Source: an uncultured virus (IMG/VR IMGVR_UViG_3300042887_005646) (lineage: Duplodnaviria; Heunggongvirae; Uroviricota; Caudoviricetes). From it: 64,000 bases of DNA. Where the stretch lies: the IMG/VR virus record IMGVR_UViG_3300042887_005646. One strand, written 5' to 3'. Numbering within the stretch: position 1 is the first letter of the stretch; each line of letters opens with the position of its first letter. A model generated the notes under the pieces. It saw only the letters and a list, made by a program, of their open reading frames with translations. It ran no database searches and was not told where the DNA came from. Shown piece by piece: positions 28,622 to 39,700 of this stretch. The position numbers and the translations under genes are program-made.

Positions 28622-29488
28622 TTAAGGAATCGGGGGCAGAATGCTATTGTCTACATCGCAGTGAGATGCACGAATAAGCTGATACAGCTTTGGGTCTAAC
28701 AGCGAGCTGTCGAAGGCGGTTTTTTTATTTGCCTTCATAGCTGTGAAGTCAGCCAATAATAAATTTGAGTTTAAAAAGGAGGCGCTACAAATGCTGACAA
28801 AAGGTAAGCGCGCGCCTTCAAGATTTACCCTTTCTAACACAGCGAAGTCTAGGTCAGCGCCCCTGAGGTCTGCGCCCACCAAATCCACGTCCGTCAAGGT
28901 TGCGTAACTTAACCCCGCGTACTCAAGATTAGCGCCCGTTAAGTTTGTGCGCTCAAGGTGCGCTCGCGCCAAATTCGCATCTCGAAAGTCAGCCCCCTCT
29001 AAGTTTGCATCTATAAAGTTTGCCCCACGCAAAACTGCTCGCCGAAAATTTGCCCCCCGCAAATTTGCGCATGGCAGTCTAGCGCCATAAAAATAGGTGC
29101 CAAATAAATCAGCCCCTTCCAAATCTACACCAAATAAATGAGCGTTCTTAAAACTAGCATACTTGAGAACTACGCCCGCCAAGTTAGCCTTATGCAAGTT
29201 TGCGTCAGTGAAATTAGTTTGATATACAAGCGCACCACGCAAATTTGCTTTAATTAAAGTAGCGTCCGTTAGTTCAGCTGAATTTAGCATAGCGCCCTCA
29301 AGATTGGCGCGCGATAGATTAGCGCGGCTAAGGCTAGCACCTACCAGATTTGCGCCGGACAGGTCAGCATAGCTCAGATTTGCGTCCTCTAGATCAGCAC
29401 CAGATAAGTCCGCGCCGCTAAGTTTAGCGTAAGGCTTTATCTCCAGCCCCTTAACCCAACCTTCCCCGGTGTTAATGTCTATGCTCAT
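28622..29488 (-). CDS. Pentapeptide repeat protein of the array family, inverted copy
   Basis: 288 aa; MSIDINTGEG N-cap, NLLLADFT...DPKLYQLI C-cap. Confidence 0.92.
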   Translation of the reverse strand: MSIDINTGEGWVKGLEIKPYAKLSGADLSGADLEDANLSYADLSGANLVGASLSRANLSRANLEGAMLNSAELTDATLIKANLRGALVYQTNFTDANLHKANLAGVVLKYASFKNAHLFGVDLEGADLFGTYFYGARLPCANLRGANFRRAVLRGANFIDANLEGADFRDANLARAHLERTNLTGANLEYAGLSYATLTDVDLVGADLRGADLDFAVLERVNLEGARLPFVSICSASFLNSNLLLADFTAMKANKKTAFDSSLLDPKLYQLIRASHCDVDNSILPPIP

Positions 29489-29844
29489 TTAACTCCGCCA
29501 TTTCTCTGAACAATTTTATTTATCAAAGACCCGGGCACATTTGCATACACCGAGTCTGTGGGCGGGATGTCGTCGCTCTCTACATACGGCATAAGGTCCG
29601 GAATATACCGCGACGGGAAGCCAACCTCGAAAGCTTTCCACGGCCCGCGGGCCAGACGAGGCGTGCAGTAGTTATAGGCACCGGCCTGGACAGATAGGCT
29701 CAGACCATTTTTGCAAACTATTCTAGGAATGACGGAGTTAATTCCGCTGCCGATAATGGCTTTGTGCGACATGACATAGTCATTTATGTCGAATATAGGG
29801 CTGAATAAATCATCAGGGTTATTAACTCTAATATGACGACTCAT
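29485..29844 (-). CDS. Conserved phage hypothetical protein
   Basis: 119 aa; CxNGxSLSVQA...YCTPR...EVGFPS...VYxxVP motif pattern recalled from phage hypotheticals; AGGAG SD; ATGA overlap. Confidence 0.75.
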   Translation of the reverse strand: MSRHIRVNNPDDLFSPIFDINDYVMSHKAIIGSGINSVIPRIVCKNGLSLSVQAGAYNYCTPRLARGPWKAFEVGFPSRYIPDLMPYVESDDIPPTDSVYANVPGSLINKIVQRNGGVK

Positions 29845-29853
29845 AGTTTACTC

Positions 29854-31623
29854 CTAAAAACAATCTCCGCAGAAGACATTATTATTGCTAGCCATCAAGC
29901 TGCCCGGCTCGCCGCAGACGCAGCACTCTTCCTGGTACCTAGGGGGGATTCCTGGGTTGGGTTTATAGTAAGAGACCTTGCCGAGAAGCGGCTTACGGAC
30001 GGGCACCGCAGAGTCCCGCTTTTCTCGCATACCCATTCGCCTTGGCAGGTCTGTATAGACGGGTTTAGGCGGGCATCTTTCTATATCATCGTCGTCTGTG
30101 TAGCAGAAAGGCAGCTTATCTTCATACCCTAGCATCTCGACAGTGTATCCCCTCGCCGCCGCTTCCTCATAGATTAAGCCTATCGCGTCTTCGTAGAAGC
30201 GATCCAGGGCGGGTTTTATAATAGCGACTGCCTCGTGGAGTTCCTCCCGACTAATATGATAGTTCATTAATCTATCATCAGATATTTCTTTTATTTTTTT
30301 GTTATGGATGTCTGTCTGAATCTCCTCAATTAGCATTACTTTATGTCTTTCGTCCACTGCGTATCTCACCCACCCAATAGTCAGTAGAGGACTTTTCTCA
30401 TGCGGATGCATAGCGTGTACACTAAAGAGCTTAATTAAAATTTGTAATAGTGTTTTCTCGCGCTCTGTATAATTGCTGCTCTCTGTGTCTATATTAAGCA
30501 AAATGTTTATATTTGGATTTTTGCTTAATCTCTGAGTATTTTTTTTCCACAATTTTCGCGTAAGCACCCAGTCAAAGGGGGTGTGGTATTTATCTTTAAT
30601 AGCTACTTTCATATTTTCGTTAAAGTCTCTGCCTCCCATATCGGCTTTGAGACGCTCAAACTCATACGGATAGGTTTTTTTAAACTCAGGCGCCTTTAGC
30701 GGCGCGTCAGGCCTACTCATTTTGAGTATAGGACCAGTCATAAAGCCATAGCTCCTGGCGGGAGTCGGCGGAGTCGGAAAAACCGCGCCCTTCACTTTTG
30801 CGCCATCTAGCTTAGTCGACAACAAGATAGCGTCGGTAAAGTCGGCCCCTCTTAGATTGGCCCCTCTCAGATTGGCCCCAGAGAGATTCGCCTTCTCAAA
30901 ATCACAGTTTGTAAGATTTGCTTCACTCAGGTCCGCATTTTTCATTTTTGAGGCAAAGAAAGGCGAACCCGTCATATTTTTGCCACTGAAATTGGATCTT
31001 ATAAGCCTGCTGTTTGTAAAACTGACGCGGGAAAAGGTACAATTTTCAAAATTAATACGGGATAAATTCGACTTAATGAACCTTGTTTGTATAAATTTAG
31101 CGCCTTCTATTTTTGCGAGTCTGAGATCGCAAGCAATAAAAAATACACCTTTACAGGTTATATTCTTTAAATTTGATGCTGCAAAATTGCACCTATTAAA
31201 AGATAAGTCATACAAAACTAGATTTTCTAAATTTGCCCCTCTTAGATCTGCGTCATTAAAATAGGCCTCTCTCAGGCGCGCGCCATTAAAGTTTGCATTG
31301 ATTAACGCGGATCTGTCATGAAAAGACGCATATTTTAAATTAGCCCCTTCAAAGCTAGCTTCTGAAAAATCCGACGTAAAGAATTTGCATTCCTCTAAAT
31401 TAGCATCTTTTAAAATGGCCCCTTCAAAGTTCGATCTTCGAATAATGGCGCGACTTAGCTTAGCGCCAGTTAAATCGGCATGGCTGAAATCTACGCCCTT
31501 AACCCCTAGTGATTCGAGGTTTGCACCACGAAGGTCCGCCCCGCTTAGATTGGCCCCGGACTCTATTAGATATCCATTAACGACGGCAGATTTCTTAACC
31601 GCAGATTTCTTAGCTCGGTACAT
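29854..31623 (-). CDS. Pentapeptide repeat protein + C-terminal GWVR...IEEIQTD domain + C4 zinc finger
   Basis: 589 aa; repeats to about residue 280; HPH..GWVRY..LIEEIQTD; terminal CVC...CGDCF. Confidence 0.88.
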   Translation of the reverse strand: MYRAKKSAVKKSAVVNGYLIESGANLSGADLRGANLESLGVKGVDFSHADLTGAKLSRAIIRRSNFEGAILKDANLEECKFFTSDFSEASFEGANLKYASFHDRSALINANFNGARLREAYFNDADLRGANLENLVLYDLSFNRCNFAASNLKNITCKGVFFIACDLRLAKIEGAKFIQTRFIKSNLSRINFENCTFSRVSFTNSRLIRSNFSGKNMTGSPFFASKMKNADLSEANLTNCDFEKANLSGANLRGANLRGADFTDAILLSTKLDGAKVKGAVFPTPPTPARSYGFMTGPILKMSRPDAPLKAPEFKKTYPYEFERLKADMGGRDFNENMKVAIKDKYHTPFDWVLTRKLWKKNTQRLSKNPNINILLNIDTESSNYTEREKTLLQILIKLFSVHAMHPHEKSPLLTIGWVRYAVDERHKVMLIEEIQTDIHNKKIKEISDDRLMNYHISREELHEAVAIIKPALDRFYEDAIGLIYEEAAARGYTVEMLGYEDKLPFCYTDDDDIERCPPKPVYTDLPRRMGMREKRDSAVPVRKPLLGKVSYYKPNPGIPPRYQEECCVCGEPGSLMASNNNVFCGDCF

Positions 31624-31795
31624 ATCTGTCTCCTAAATTATAAGTAGGTCTTTAGAGAAAACCGATAGGAAACGCAATAAAGCGCTTAGCCCGTAGTCTA
31701 TAAAACACAAAGAACAACGCTTTATCGGTAGACACATAAGGCTCAAACTTGTATATTATTTGGCTGCCAGTGTCTGTGTTTGAGAAAGAGGTAAA

Positions 31796-33196
31796 ATGTC
31801 TGACTTCTCAGGAAAAAAAGGCGAGCCTGTGCCCGATCCCAACGATCCCCAGGATGACCGCATAGATGAGTTCCTTGAGGCCTACAGCTCTACACAGGAC
31901 TTTGGTATACAGCACAGATCTCAGATTTTTGCTCTTGTAGAGGCGCTAAAGTCAGATAGTAGTCCTACCACTATTCGCAGACTGCGGAGCCTTTTGAGCA
32001 GCAAGGGGATAAATATGACCCAGGCTCACTGGGATAGAATAGCGGAGGCCGACATAGATTTTCACTTCATGCCCTGCAAGGAAACGCTAGATGCTCTATT
32101 GATATCCGTCGTCTTGGGCTGGGCGGGCGCAGTAATCTCCTCTATGGCCGACGATGCCGGGAGAATATTTGCAAACGAGGCAAATAAAATCTCACAGGAG
32201 GCATCACTTTCTATCAGAAAGGCACGTGAGCGCAGCCTCGAGCTTTTTTATCGCGATGTGCGTAAGTTTCTAGAGGGGCCGGGTAGCTCCTCCAGAAGAG
32301 ACATCATTGCCTTCGATGAGTTCATTGAGGCAACAAATCGCCAATATCATGAACTTGCCGGTAAAAATAATAGGGATCTTCGCGCAGCTCTCAAAAAGGC
32401 GCTTGTGGGCGGAAAAGTAGAGATAATTAAAAACAATATAAAAAAATATGGCTCACCCTCGATTGATGGCAAAACCTATGGCTGCGACATACGGCTAAAA
32501 GTCGACAAATGGCGCGGCAGCGACCAGGCTAAGTATAGTGCAGTAGAGGCTATAAAAAGCTGGCAAGCCCTTGTTGTGCCTAGCCTTATAAAAGGAATGT
32601 CACAGTTTAGGGTTACCGTTAAGTTAGGCGGTCCGCGAACTTACGGTATGCCCACAAACGTCGCAGCCAGCTACAGCCCCTTGGATAGCACCGTGGTTAT
32701 ACCCCACAACTCGCGCCAGACAGGCAGCACCAAGGCAGAGCTAATGTCTGAGATCGCTGACAGAAAGTGCTACATCTATCATGAAATGACCCATATTCTG
32801 GGCAATGTTAACCCTAGTATTCCCTTCGGCAACATGGACAGATGGGGAGATACCTATTCGCTTGTAGATACTAGTATCGCCCTTTTGGCTGATTTTATGC
32901 GCGATAGAGATCCCGGAGTACCCCTTAATAAATCCGTAAAATTATTACCGTCAGTTAGTTCCCCGGTTAATCCTGCGTTTGGAGTTAGGGACTCTCTCGT
33001 TAATCCCTATGCGGGGGTTCTATACAGGTCGCCCAAAGATAACGGTCAGAGTATATTTGAGACAGAGGCGCTCACCTCTGCGGTAGAGAATTTTAGCAGT
33101 GCCGAGACTATGCTGAGTCTGTTTATGACAGACAGAGAGCTATTTTCGCACGCGCTCGCCCTGTTTTACGGAGAGTACTTCAATGAAGAAGTCTAA
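31796..33196 (+). CDS. Putative zincin-type metallopeptidase domain protein
   Basis: 466 aa; YHEMTH (HExxH), downstream YAGVLY...ETEALTSAVE third-ligand region; GAGG SD. Confidence 0.7.
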   Translation: MSDFSGKKGEPVPDPNDPQDDRIDEFLEAYSSTQDFGIQHRSQIFALVEALKSDSSPTTIRRLRSLLSSKGINMTQAHWDRIAEADIDFHFMPCKETLDALLISVVLGWAGAVISSMADDAGRIFANEANKISQEASLSIRKARERSLELFYRDVRKFLEGPGSSSRRDIIAFDEFIEATNRQYHELAGKNNRDLRAALKKALVGGKVEIIKNNIKKYGSPSIDGKTYGCDIRLKVDKWRGSDQAKYSAVEAIKSWQALVVPSLIKGMSQFRVTVKLGGPRTYGMPTNVAASYSPLDSTVVIPHNSRQTGSTKAELMSEIADRKCYIYHEMTHILGNVNPSIPFGNMDRWGDTYSLVDTSIALLADFMRDRDPGVPLNKSVKLLPSVSSPVNPAFGVRDSLVNPYAGVLYRSPKDNGQSIFETEALTSAVENFSSAETMLSLFMTDRELFSHALALFYGEYFNEEV

Positions 33197-33584
33197 AATT
33201 GTGATAGAGGGAGATGGCGGTGAAGGCGCCTGCCTCACATTCAGCTACGAGACTTTCCCCTTCTTAGGTGAGACTTCTCTTAGCGGAGATCCTTTTATAG
33301 TAGACATCTTAAGAAAAAATCTATCTCTCCCTCAGGCAATAAGCCGCCGCGGAATGTATCCGGCGCCTCTGAGCAAGGGCTATCTACACGCTTTTGCGGC
33401 CGCGAGAGCCACCGCAAATACTCTCGGGCTAAATCTACATGTTATAGATGAGCCTTTTTACCCAGATCCTGAAGAGCTAGAGCGCTACGCCCCGACGCTT
33501 GCCGATGAGGTGGAGGCTGACGTCTACTCGGATGCGCAGGTGGCCGAGCTTCTTAACTTTGAATTTATAATAACCTCGCGCTAA
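33183..33584 (+). CDS. Hypothetical protein coupled to the metallopeptidase
   Basis: 133 aa; overlaps the upstream stop; GGAG SD. Confidence 0.7.
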   Translation: MKKSKIVIEGDGGEGACLTFSYETFPFLGETSLSGDPFIVDILRKNLSLPQAISRRGMYPAPLSKGYLHAFAAARATANTLGLNLHVIDEPFYPDPEELERYAPTLADEVEADVYSDAQVAELLNFEFIITSR

Positions 33585-33609
33585 TTTATACTGAAATTAG
33601 AGGTGCGAA

Positions 33610-34326
33610 GTGAAAAAATATACTATTAATAGATGGTCAGGAATGCGTCACGGCCACAATATTGCGCCGCACTCAGTCCTAATAAATGCTAACATGCATA
33701 GTCTATATCTAAGGGACGCCGATTTGCGCTTTGCAGACCTGTCTGGCGCGAATCTTCAACAAACAGACCTTTCGGGGGCAGACCTAACAGGCGCTAATTT
33801 AGCGGACGCTGATTTATCTGGCGCCAATCTCGAGGGCGCTATTTTAGAGCAGGCAGACCTAGCAGGTGCATTTTTAAACCAGGCTCAGCTTACCAACGCT
33901 AATTTAACCGACGCAGATCTAAGAAGAGTAAAAGGCGCGAGCTGCTTCCTTTTAGGCGCCAACCTAAAAGGAGCTAATATGTACTCGGCTGACTTTACTG
34001 CTGCTGACTTCTCAGCGGCTATACTGTCTGATGCTAATTTAATTATGGCGCAATTGTCTAATTCTAGGTTCCATGACGCGGACTTGTCCCGAGCGATTAT
34101 TACCGGGGCTGATTTGCGTGAGGCTGACTTCTGTGGCGCTAATTTAGAGTTTGCAAATTTGACCGGCTCAGACTTAAATAGGGCAAATTTTGAAGGTGCA
34201 AATTGTTTTCTCACTATCGGCGGCTTTACCAGCATGGGGAACATTCGCGCGACAATATGTATCGAGGGAGCATTTTTTGACCCTAAGCTGGCCTCTTTCA
34301 TAGAGTATATAAGGATTAAAACATAA
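33610..34326 (+). CDS. Pentapeptide repeat protein
   Basis: 238 aa; GTG start with GAGGTG SD; NCFL...GAFFDPKL..I C-cap like the array. Confidence 0.92.
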   Translation: MKKYTINRWSGMRHGHNIAPHSVLINANMHSLYLRDADLRFADLSGANLQQTDLSGADLTGANLADADLSGANLEGAILEQADLAGAFLNQAQLTNANLTDADLRRVKGASCFLLGANLKGANMYSADFTAADFSAAILSDANLIMAQLSNSRFHDADLSRAIITGADLREADFCGANLEFANLTGSDLNRANFEGANCFLTIGGFTSMGNIRATICIEGAFFDPKLASFIEYIRIKT

Positions 34327-36710
34327 TGGCTATAGACCCAAAGACAGGCACCGGTATTGTTAACGGCTATCAGATAGGACCAGGCGAGGACTTACAGGAC
34401 GCGAGCTTACAGGGCGCGGACTTGCGTGGCGCGGACCTGTCACGTGCTTTTTTATATGGAGCAAACCTAAAAGGAGCTAATTTAGCCGGGGCAAACCTAT
34501 CGGGCGCTGGCTTTTATAATGCCAGCCTAGAGGAGGCAAACCTTGAGGGAGCAACCCTCGATGGAACTGACTTTATGTCGGCGAACCTTTATAAAACGAA
34601 CCTCTATAAGGCTAGCCTTATCGGAGCCATACTAGCCTGGGCAAATCTTGCAGAAGCTCGGCTGGAGGACGCAAACTTATATAAGGCCAATCTATCCGAA
34701 TCGGACCTCAGTAGAGCTAACCTAAAGGGAGCAAAGCTTATTCGCGCGGACCTGAGCGGCGCGCAAATTTACAAAACGGATTTTTTTCTAGCCGATCTAA
34801 CTCGCGCCAATCTATCGTACGCAATTCTAGTTGAGCCGGTAGTTTCATTTGCGTGTCTCTCAAGCGCAAATTTAGAAGGAGTTCACGGACAGACTGTTAA
34901 ATTTCTCAACTGCTGCATGGATAATGTAAATTTATCAGAGTCTAATTTTTTTTGGTATAATAGCGATATGGAGTTTGACCCGCCGAGGTCTGTTCTTTTT
35001 ATAAATAGCTCGCTAAAAAGAGCTAACCTGTTGGAAGCCACTCTAGGGGGCGCTCTATTCTTCCAGACAGACTTAGATGGGGCAGATTTTACCCTTTCTG
35101 ATTTAGAAGGGGCCATGTTTAGTGATGCCCCCGGTTTATTAATAGGAAATAATGCTTTCTATACTAAAATGGACGAGAATCGCTTAAGTAGCTTAGACAC
35201 AGAAATTTTTAAAAAATATAAAAATAAAAAATATAAAAATAATTTAAAAAATGTTAAATTTATTCAGACAAATTTAAATTTAGCCACTTTTGTAGATCTG
35301 ACCATAGATGCTAATTTTAAAAAAGCCTCTTTATTGGGGGCCTCTTTTGTAGACTGCGATTTAACAAAATCTACAAATCTGGACGAGCGGCAGTCAGCTA
35401 GGTTTATTTTTGAGGGCAACACAAAAGCCCCCCAGGGGTTTACCATGTCTGATTACATAGACATAAACGGGCACAAAGTTGGCCCCGGTATGGACCTAAG
35501 GGGGGCTGATCTACATGATGTAAATTTAGCAGGCGCAGTTCTCGATGGCGCGAATCTATCGAGGGCCAATCTCACAGGAGCAGATCTTAGCTACTCTAGG
35601 ATGAATAAAACAAATCTGTCCAATGCGGATCTGAGTGATAGCTTTGCAAAAAGCGTAAAAATAAATAAATCTAATCTTACCGGCGCAAAACTAAAAAGTT
35701 CTATCTTTGCAGATTCTACTGTATCTCATTCTAACCTATCAAAAACTGTTGCGCCTCATATAAAAATAACAAAGAGCAAGCTAAATAATAATAATTTTAA
35801 AGACTCTGATCTGTCCGGCGCACATTTATCAAACATAAATTTAAATAAAAATAAATTAGATAACACATCGTTCGACAGCAGCTCTATCATAAATTCTGAA
35901 TTTGAAGACAATGAGTACAATAAGGTTAATTTTAAAAACGCCTCATTTACAGGGTCCCTTTTTGATGAGCGAGATTTAGCAGATTCCGACTTCAGAAAGG
36001 CGCGTATAGATAGAACCTTTTTTGGGAGCGGCGGAGGCGCGCCTGTAGATATGCGCAGAGCAAAGTTCAAAAACGCTAAATTCTATGACGATAAACCAAA
36101 TACTATACCTTATCTGATGTCCGAAGATCTTCTGAAGATCTCCGCCGAGGACATCGCAAAAGCCAGGTCTGAGATAGGCTCAAAAATAGAGTCTCATCCG
36201 GATTATTTAGGGCGCCGCTACGGACTATGGATGCACATGACTGAGCACCCCAAAGTAGATTATTATGGTCAGCTTTCTGTAACTCCCTATGAGGCGGGCG
36301 AACGTAGTGCCTATGAAGAAAGCTTAGAAATAACTAAAGAGTATGGGGTTGTTTTTGAAGGTACTGCGACTCTTTTTAAAGGGGATGTAATTAGCGCAAA
36401 AAGTAATTTTGGTTTTTTAGAACCCGCTTATTCTACTTATTATAAAAATATACTATCTGAGGGCGGCTACAAAGAGGGATTTTTAGACACCCAGGCGGCT
36501 AAGATAGTTCAGCTGAATGTGCTGGGGTGGCAGGGGAATCCTAGCATAATAAAAAAATTTAAAGATAGTGGGATACCCGTAAAAATATTCAAGAGGGGCG
36601 TCGCGGTGCCTCCGAGAGAACCTAACCCGAAGGAGAGCTGCTGCGAGTGCGGCCGGCGGGCTAGCCTCATGGACCCACGCGGCAATACTTTTTGCGAAGA
36701 GTGCTACTAG
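34326..36710 (+). CDS. Two-solenoid pentapeptide repeat protein + putative ADP-ribosyltransferase-like domain + C4 zinc finger
   Basis: 794 aa; MAIDPKTGTG cap; LWMHMT, LSVTPY, YGVVF, KEGFLD; CECG...CEECY. Confidence 0.85.
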   Translation: MAIDPKTGTGIVNGYQIGPGEDLQDASLQGADLRGADLSRAFLYGANLKGANLAGANLSGAGFYNASLEEANLEGATLDGTDFMSANLYKTNLYKASLIGAILAWANLAEARLEDANLYKANLSESDLSRANLKGAKLIRADLSGAQIYKTDFFLADLTRANLSYAILVEPVVSFACLSSANLEGVHGQTVKFLNCCMDNVNLSESNFFWYNSDMEFDPPRSVLFINSSLKRANLLEATLGGALFFQTDLDGADFTLSDLEGAMFSDAPGLLIGNNAFYTKMDENRLSSLDTEIFKKYKNKKYKNNLKNVKFIQTNLNLATFVDLTIDANFKKASLLGASFVDCDLTKSTNLDERQSARFIFEGNTKAPQGFTMSDYIDINGHKVGPGMDLRGADLHDVNLAGAVLDGANLSRANLTGADLSYSRMNKTNLSNADLSDSFAKSVKINKSNLTGAKLKSSIFADSTVSHSNLSKTVAPHIKITKSKLNNNNFKDSDLSGAHLSNINLNKNKLDNTSFDSSSIINSEFEDNEYNKVNFKNASFTGSLFDERDLADSDFRKARIDRTFFGSGGGAPVDMRRAKFKNAKFYDDKPNTIPYLMSEDLLKISAEDIAKARSEIGSKIESHPDYLGRRYGLWMHMTEHPKVDYYGQLSVTPYEAGERSAYEESLEITKEYGVVFEGTATLFKGDVISAKSNFGFLEPAYSTYYKNILSEGGYKEGFLDTQAAKIVQLNVLGWQGNPSIIKKFKDSGIPVKIFKRGVAVPPREPNPKESCCECGRRASLMDPRGNTFCEECY

Positions 36711-36743
36711 ATGATATTTAGCGCAATTAACTGAGGTAGGTAA

Positions 36744-39700
36744 ATGGCTATAGACCCAAAGACAGGCACCGGTATTGTTAACGGCTATCAGATAGGACCA
36801 GGCGCGGACTTGCGTGGCGCGGACTTGCGTGGCGCGGACCTGACGGGGGCGAACCTTAGAGAGGCGGACCTGACGGGGGCAATTTTACATCGCGCCTCTA
36901 TTATTGATGCGCATCTTACAGATGCCGTCTTGGTCGACACTGATTTTAGTTTTTCGACCATAGAAGGCAGTAGAGTCAATGGCACCATCGTTAACTGCAA
37001 TTTTGATAATGCTAGAATAGCTGGCGCGGTCGGTGGCATATCAGAGGCATTTATCTGGAACTCCTCCTTTAAAAAGACAACTTTCTCCGAGACTTCTATT
37101 ACCGCAAGTGAGCTATTAGAGTGTGACTTCACCGGCTCAGAATTTTATGTTAAAGCGCGTGAAGGCGCCCAACAGATAGAGCCTAATGGTTTTATAGGAT
37201 GCACTTTAAATATAAAAATTGATAACTCACACCTCTCTTATTGGACTTTTACTAATTGCCAGGGTTATATAAAAGCGGGAAACTGCGAGATATTATATTG
37301 CGAATTCTTAATGTCGGACCTGCTAGGATCAGAGTTCATAAAAAATGAGTTTAACTCTACGCAGTTTTCAAAATGCAATCTTGAAGGTGTCGAGTTTTCT
37401 TTTGTAGAAAAAACTAAAAAAAGCAATAAGAAAGATGCGAGCTACACTGCGACGTTTGCGGCGGTGTCTTTATCACTGCAGTTTTGTAATCTGAGTAGCT
37501 CGTCTTTTAAGCTATTAACGGCTTTTGCTCTAGATCTGTTCGGCTCTGATCTGACCTATTCTGATTTCTCGGGGGCGCGCATCGAAGTTATCCGAATTGC
37601 GGGGGCGCAATTTATGGGCGCTAACTGGAGTAATGTAGAAATACTGTGGCACGACTATATGATGGACGTAACGGGCGGCGGACCGGGCTTCGAGGATTTA
37701 TGCCCACTATTTATGCCAGAAGCGGACGTTAAAGAATACTTAGAGACAGACGACTATGAGCTGTATATTAAAAAATTTAAATCAAATATGGATGCCGGCA
37801 TTCTGGCTTCAGACATAGATAAAGTAGAAAAAGAAAGAGATAGCTTCTATAAAGAACTAAAAAAGCGGGCCAATTTTCTTGCTAAGATGGCCTCAGCTGG
37901 CAAAGAATTCGACGCAGATTTTCTTGCTAAGGTGGCCTCAGCTGACAAAGAATTCTACGCAGATTTTCTTGCTAAGGTGGGCTCAGCTGGCAAAGAATTC
38001 TCCGTAGATTTTCTTGCTAAGATGGCCCGAGCTGGCAAAGAATACCCCGCAGATATTAGAAACCGCGTTAAATTAAAGGCTGTAGAGGCGTTTCCTGAGA
38101 TTTTCGATGTTTTGGATGAGCAGGCGGAAATCGAAAACGATCTCCATACTAGAATATTAAAAGCCTGGCTTAAGTCGCCCGTTGGGACGACTGGAGGGTT
38201 CTACAAAATATGCAACGACCAGAGACACCTCGGGAAAAGCACCATTATTGCTGACTTCACAGGCGCTAACTTAGACGGGGCTATCTTTAATGCTCTGAAA
38301 TCTGTGGGCGGATTGCGCCTAAACAAGGCCTCTATGAAAAAGGCAGAGCTTGTAAAATGCGACTTAATATATGCGGATTTTGTAGAGACAGATCTAAGAG
38401 GCGCCACAATATTAGATTCTGTCTTTAATGGCATTATGTTCCAGCTAGCAGACCTGCGCGGCACAACTATAATTGGGTCAGTAATAAACGGAAATTTCAA
38501 AGACGCTGACTTAAAGGGCGCAAAGATCTTAGGAAGTTCATTTCTTTCCTCCGACCTCTCAGAAGCTAAGAATCTAAAAGGAGATACTTTAGCTAGAGCT
38601 TACCTAAGCAACGCTACTAAGCTCCCCCCTAATTTTAAACAAAGTGAACATATCTACTTAAGGGGCCTGAAGGTAGGTCCGGACGCCTCTCTGGCGGGCG
38701 CGGATCTTCATGGCACTAATCTCTTAGGAGTCAACCTGGAGGGAGCGGATTTGTCCGGGGCGAATCTCGAGGGTGCGGATTTAAGTTACGCTAATTTGTT
38801 AGAGACAAATCTACAGGGCGCTAATTTAAATAAAACGACATTAGATAGGACTAAAATTATAAAGTCTGACCTGTCTGATGCAAAACTAATAAAAGCAAAA
38901 ATAAAAGGGACTAATAATAAAGTAAAACTAAAGATAAAAAATACTAATCTATCTCACGCAGACCTGTCAGATGCTCGTATGAGGTACATTAGTATAATGG
39001 ACTCAGATCTCAGCCACGCTAACATTTCCGGCGCTAAAGCGGACTATGTGGGTATAGCGCAATCTGATGCGTCGAATCTGAACGCCAAAAAAATGAAGGC
39101 TAGAAGCATACATCTCTACAAGAACGACTTAACGAACGCGGATTTTTCAGGCTCCCGTATGCAGGGGGCCTTTATTAGAAATAAATTAAAAAACACTTCT
39201 TTTGATGGCGCTTTTCTTGGGGGGCCTCTATCGGGGCAGGACGACGAGCTCGATGACGAACCAGTCAATTTCACCTTCGGCGCGGAAAATAAATTTATTA
39301 AAACTGGCTTCCGCGGGGCTAGATTAAATGCGACTGATTTTACCCTCGTCGAAGACTTAGGGTCTTCTGATTTTAGTAACGCGCGTATAATAAAGCCAAA
39401 GTTTGGCCATGGCACCGATGCCAGAAGGGCCTCTTTTGCGAATGCTAAATTTCTTTTAGATAGGCCATTTGAAGAAGGTGGGAGTATTTCCTCGTCCGAG
39501 TCATCGTTCATGCTGCCCTCTCTTATGCCTAAGAATTTAAGAGAGCACCTTAAGGGCGATATAGATAAACACGCCGCAGCAAGAAAAAAGGCAATAGAGG
39601 CTGACCCAAGATACCTGGGTATGCGTACAGGGCTCTGGATTCACATGACAAATCAGCCTCAGACCAAATATGTGGGCGAACTTTGTGTTAGCCCGTATGA

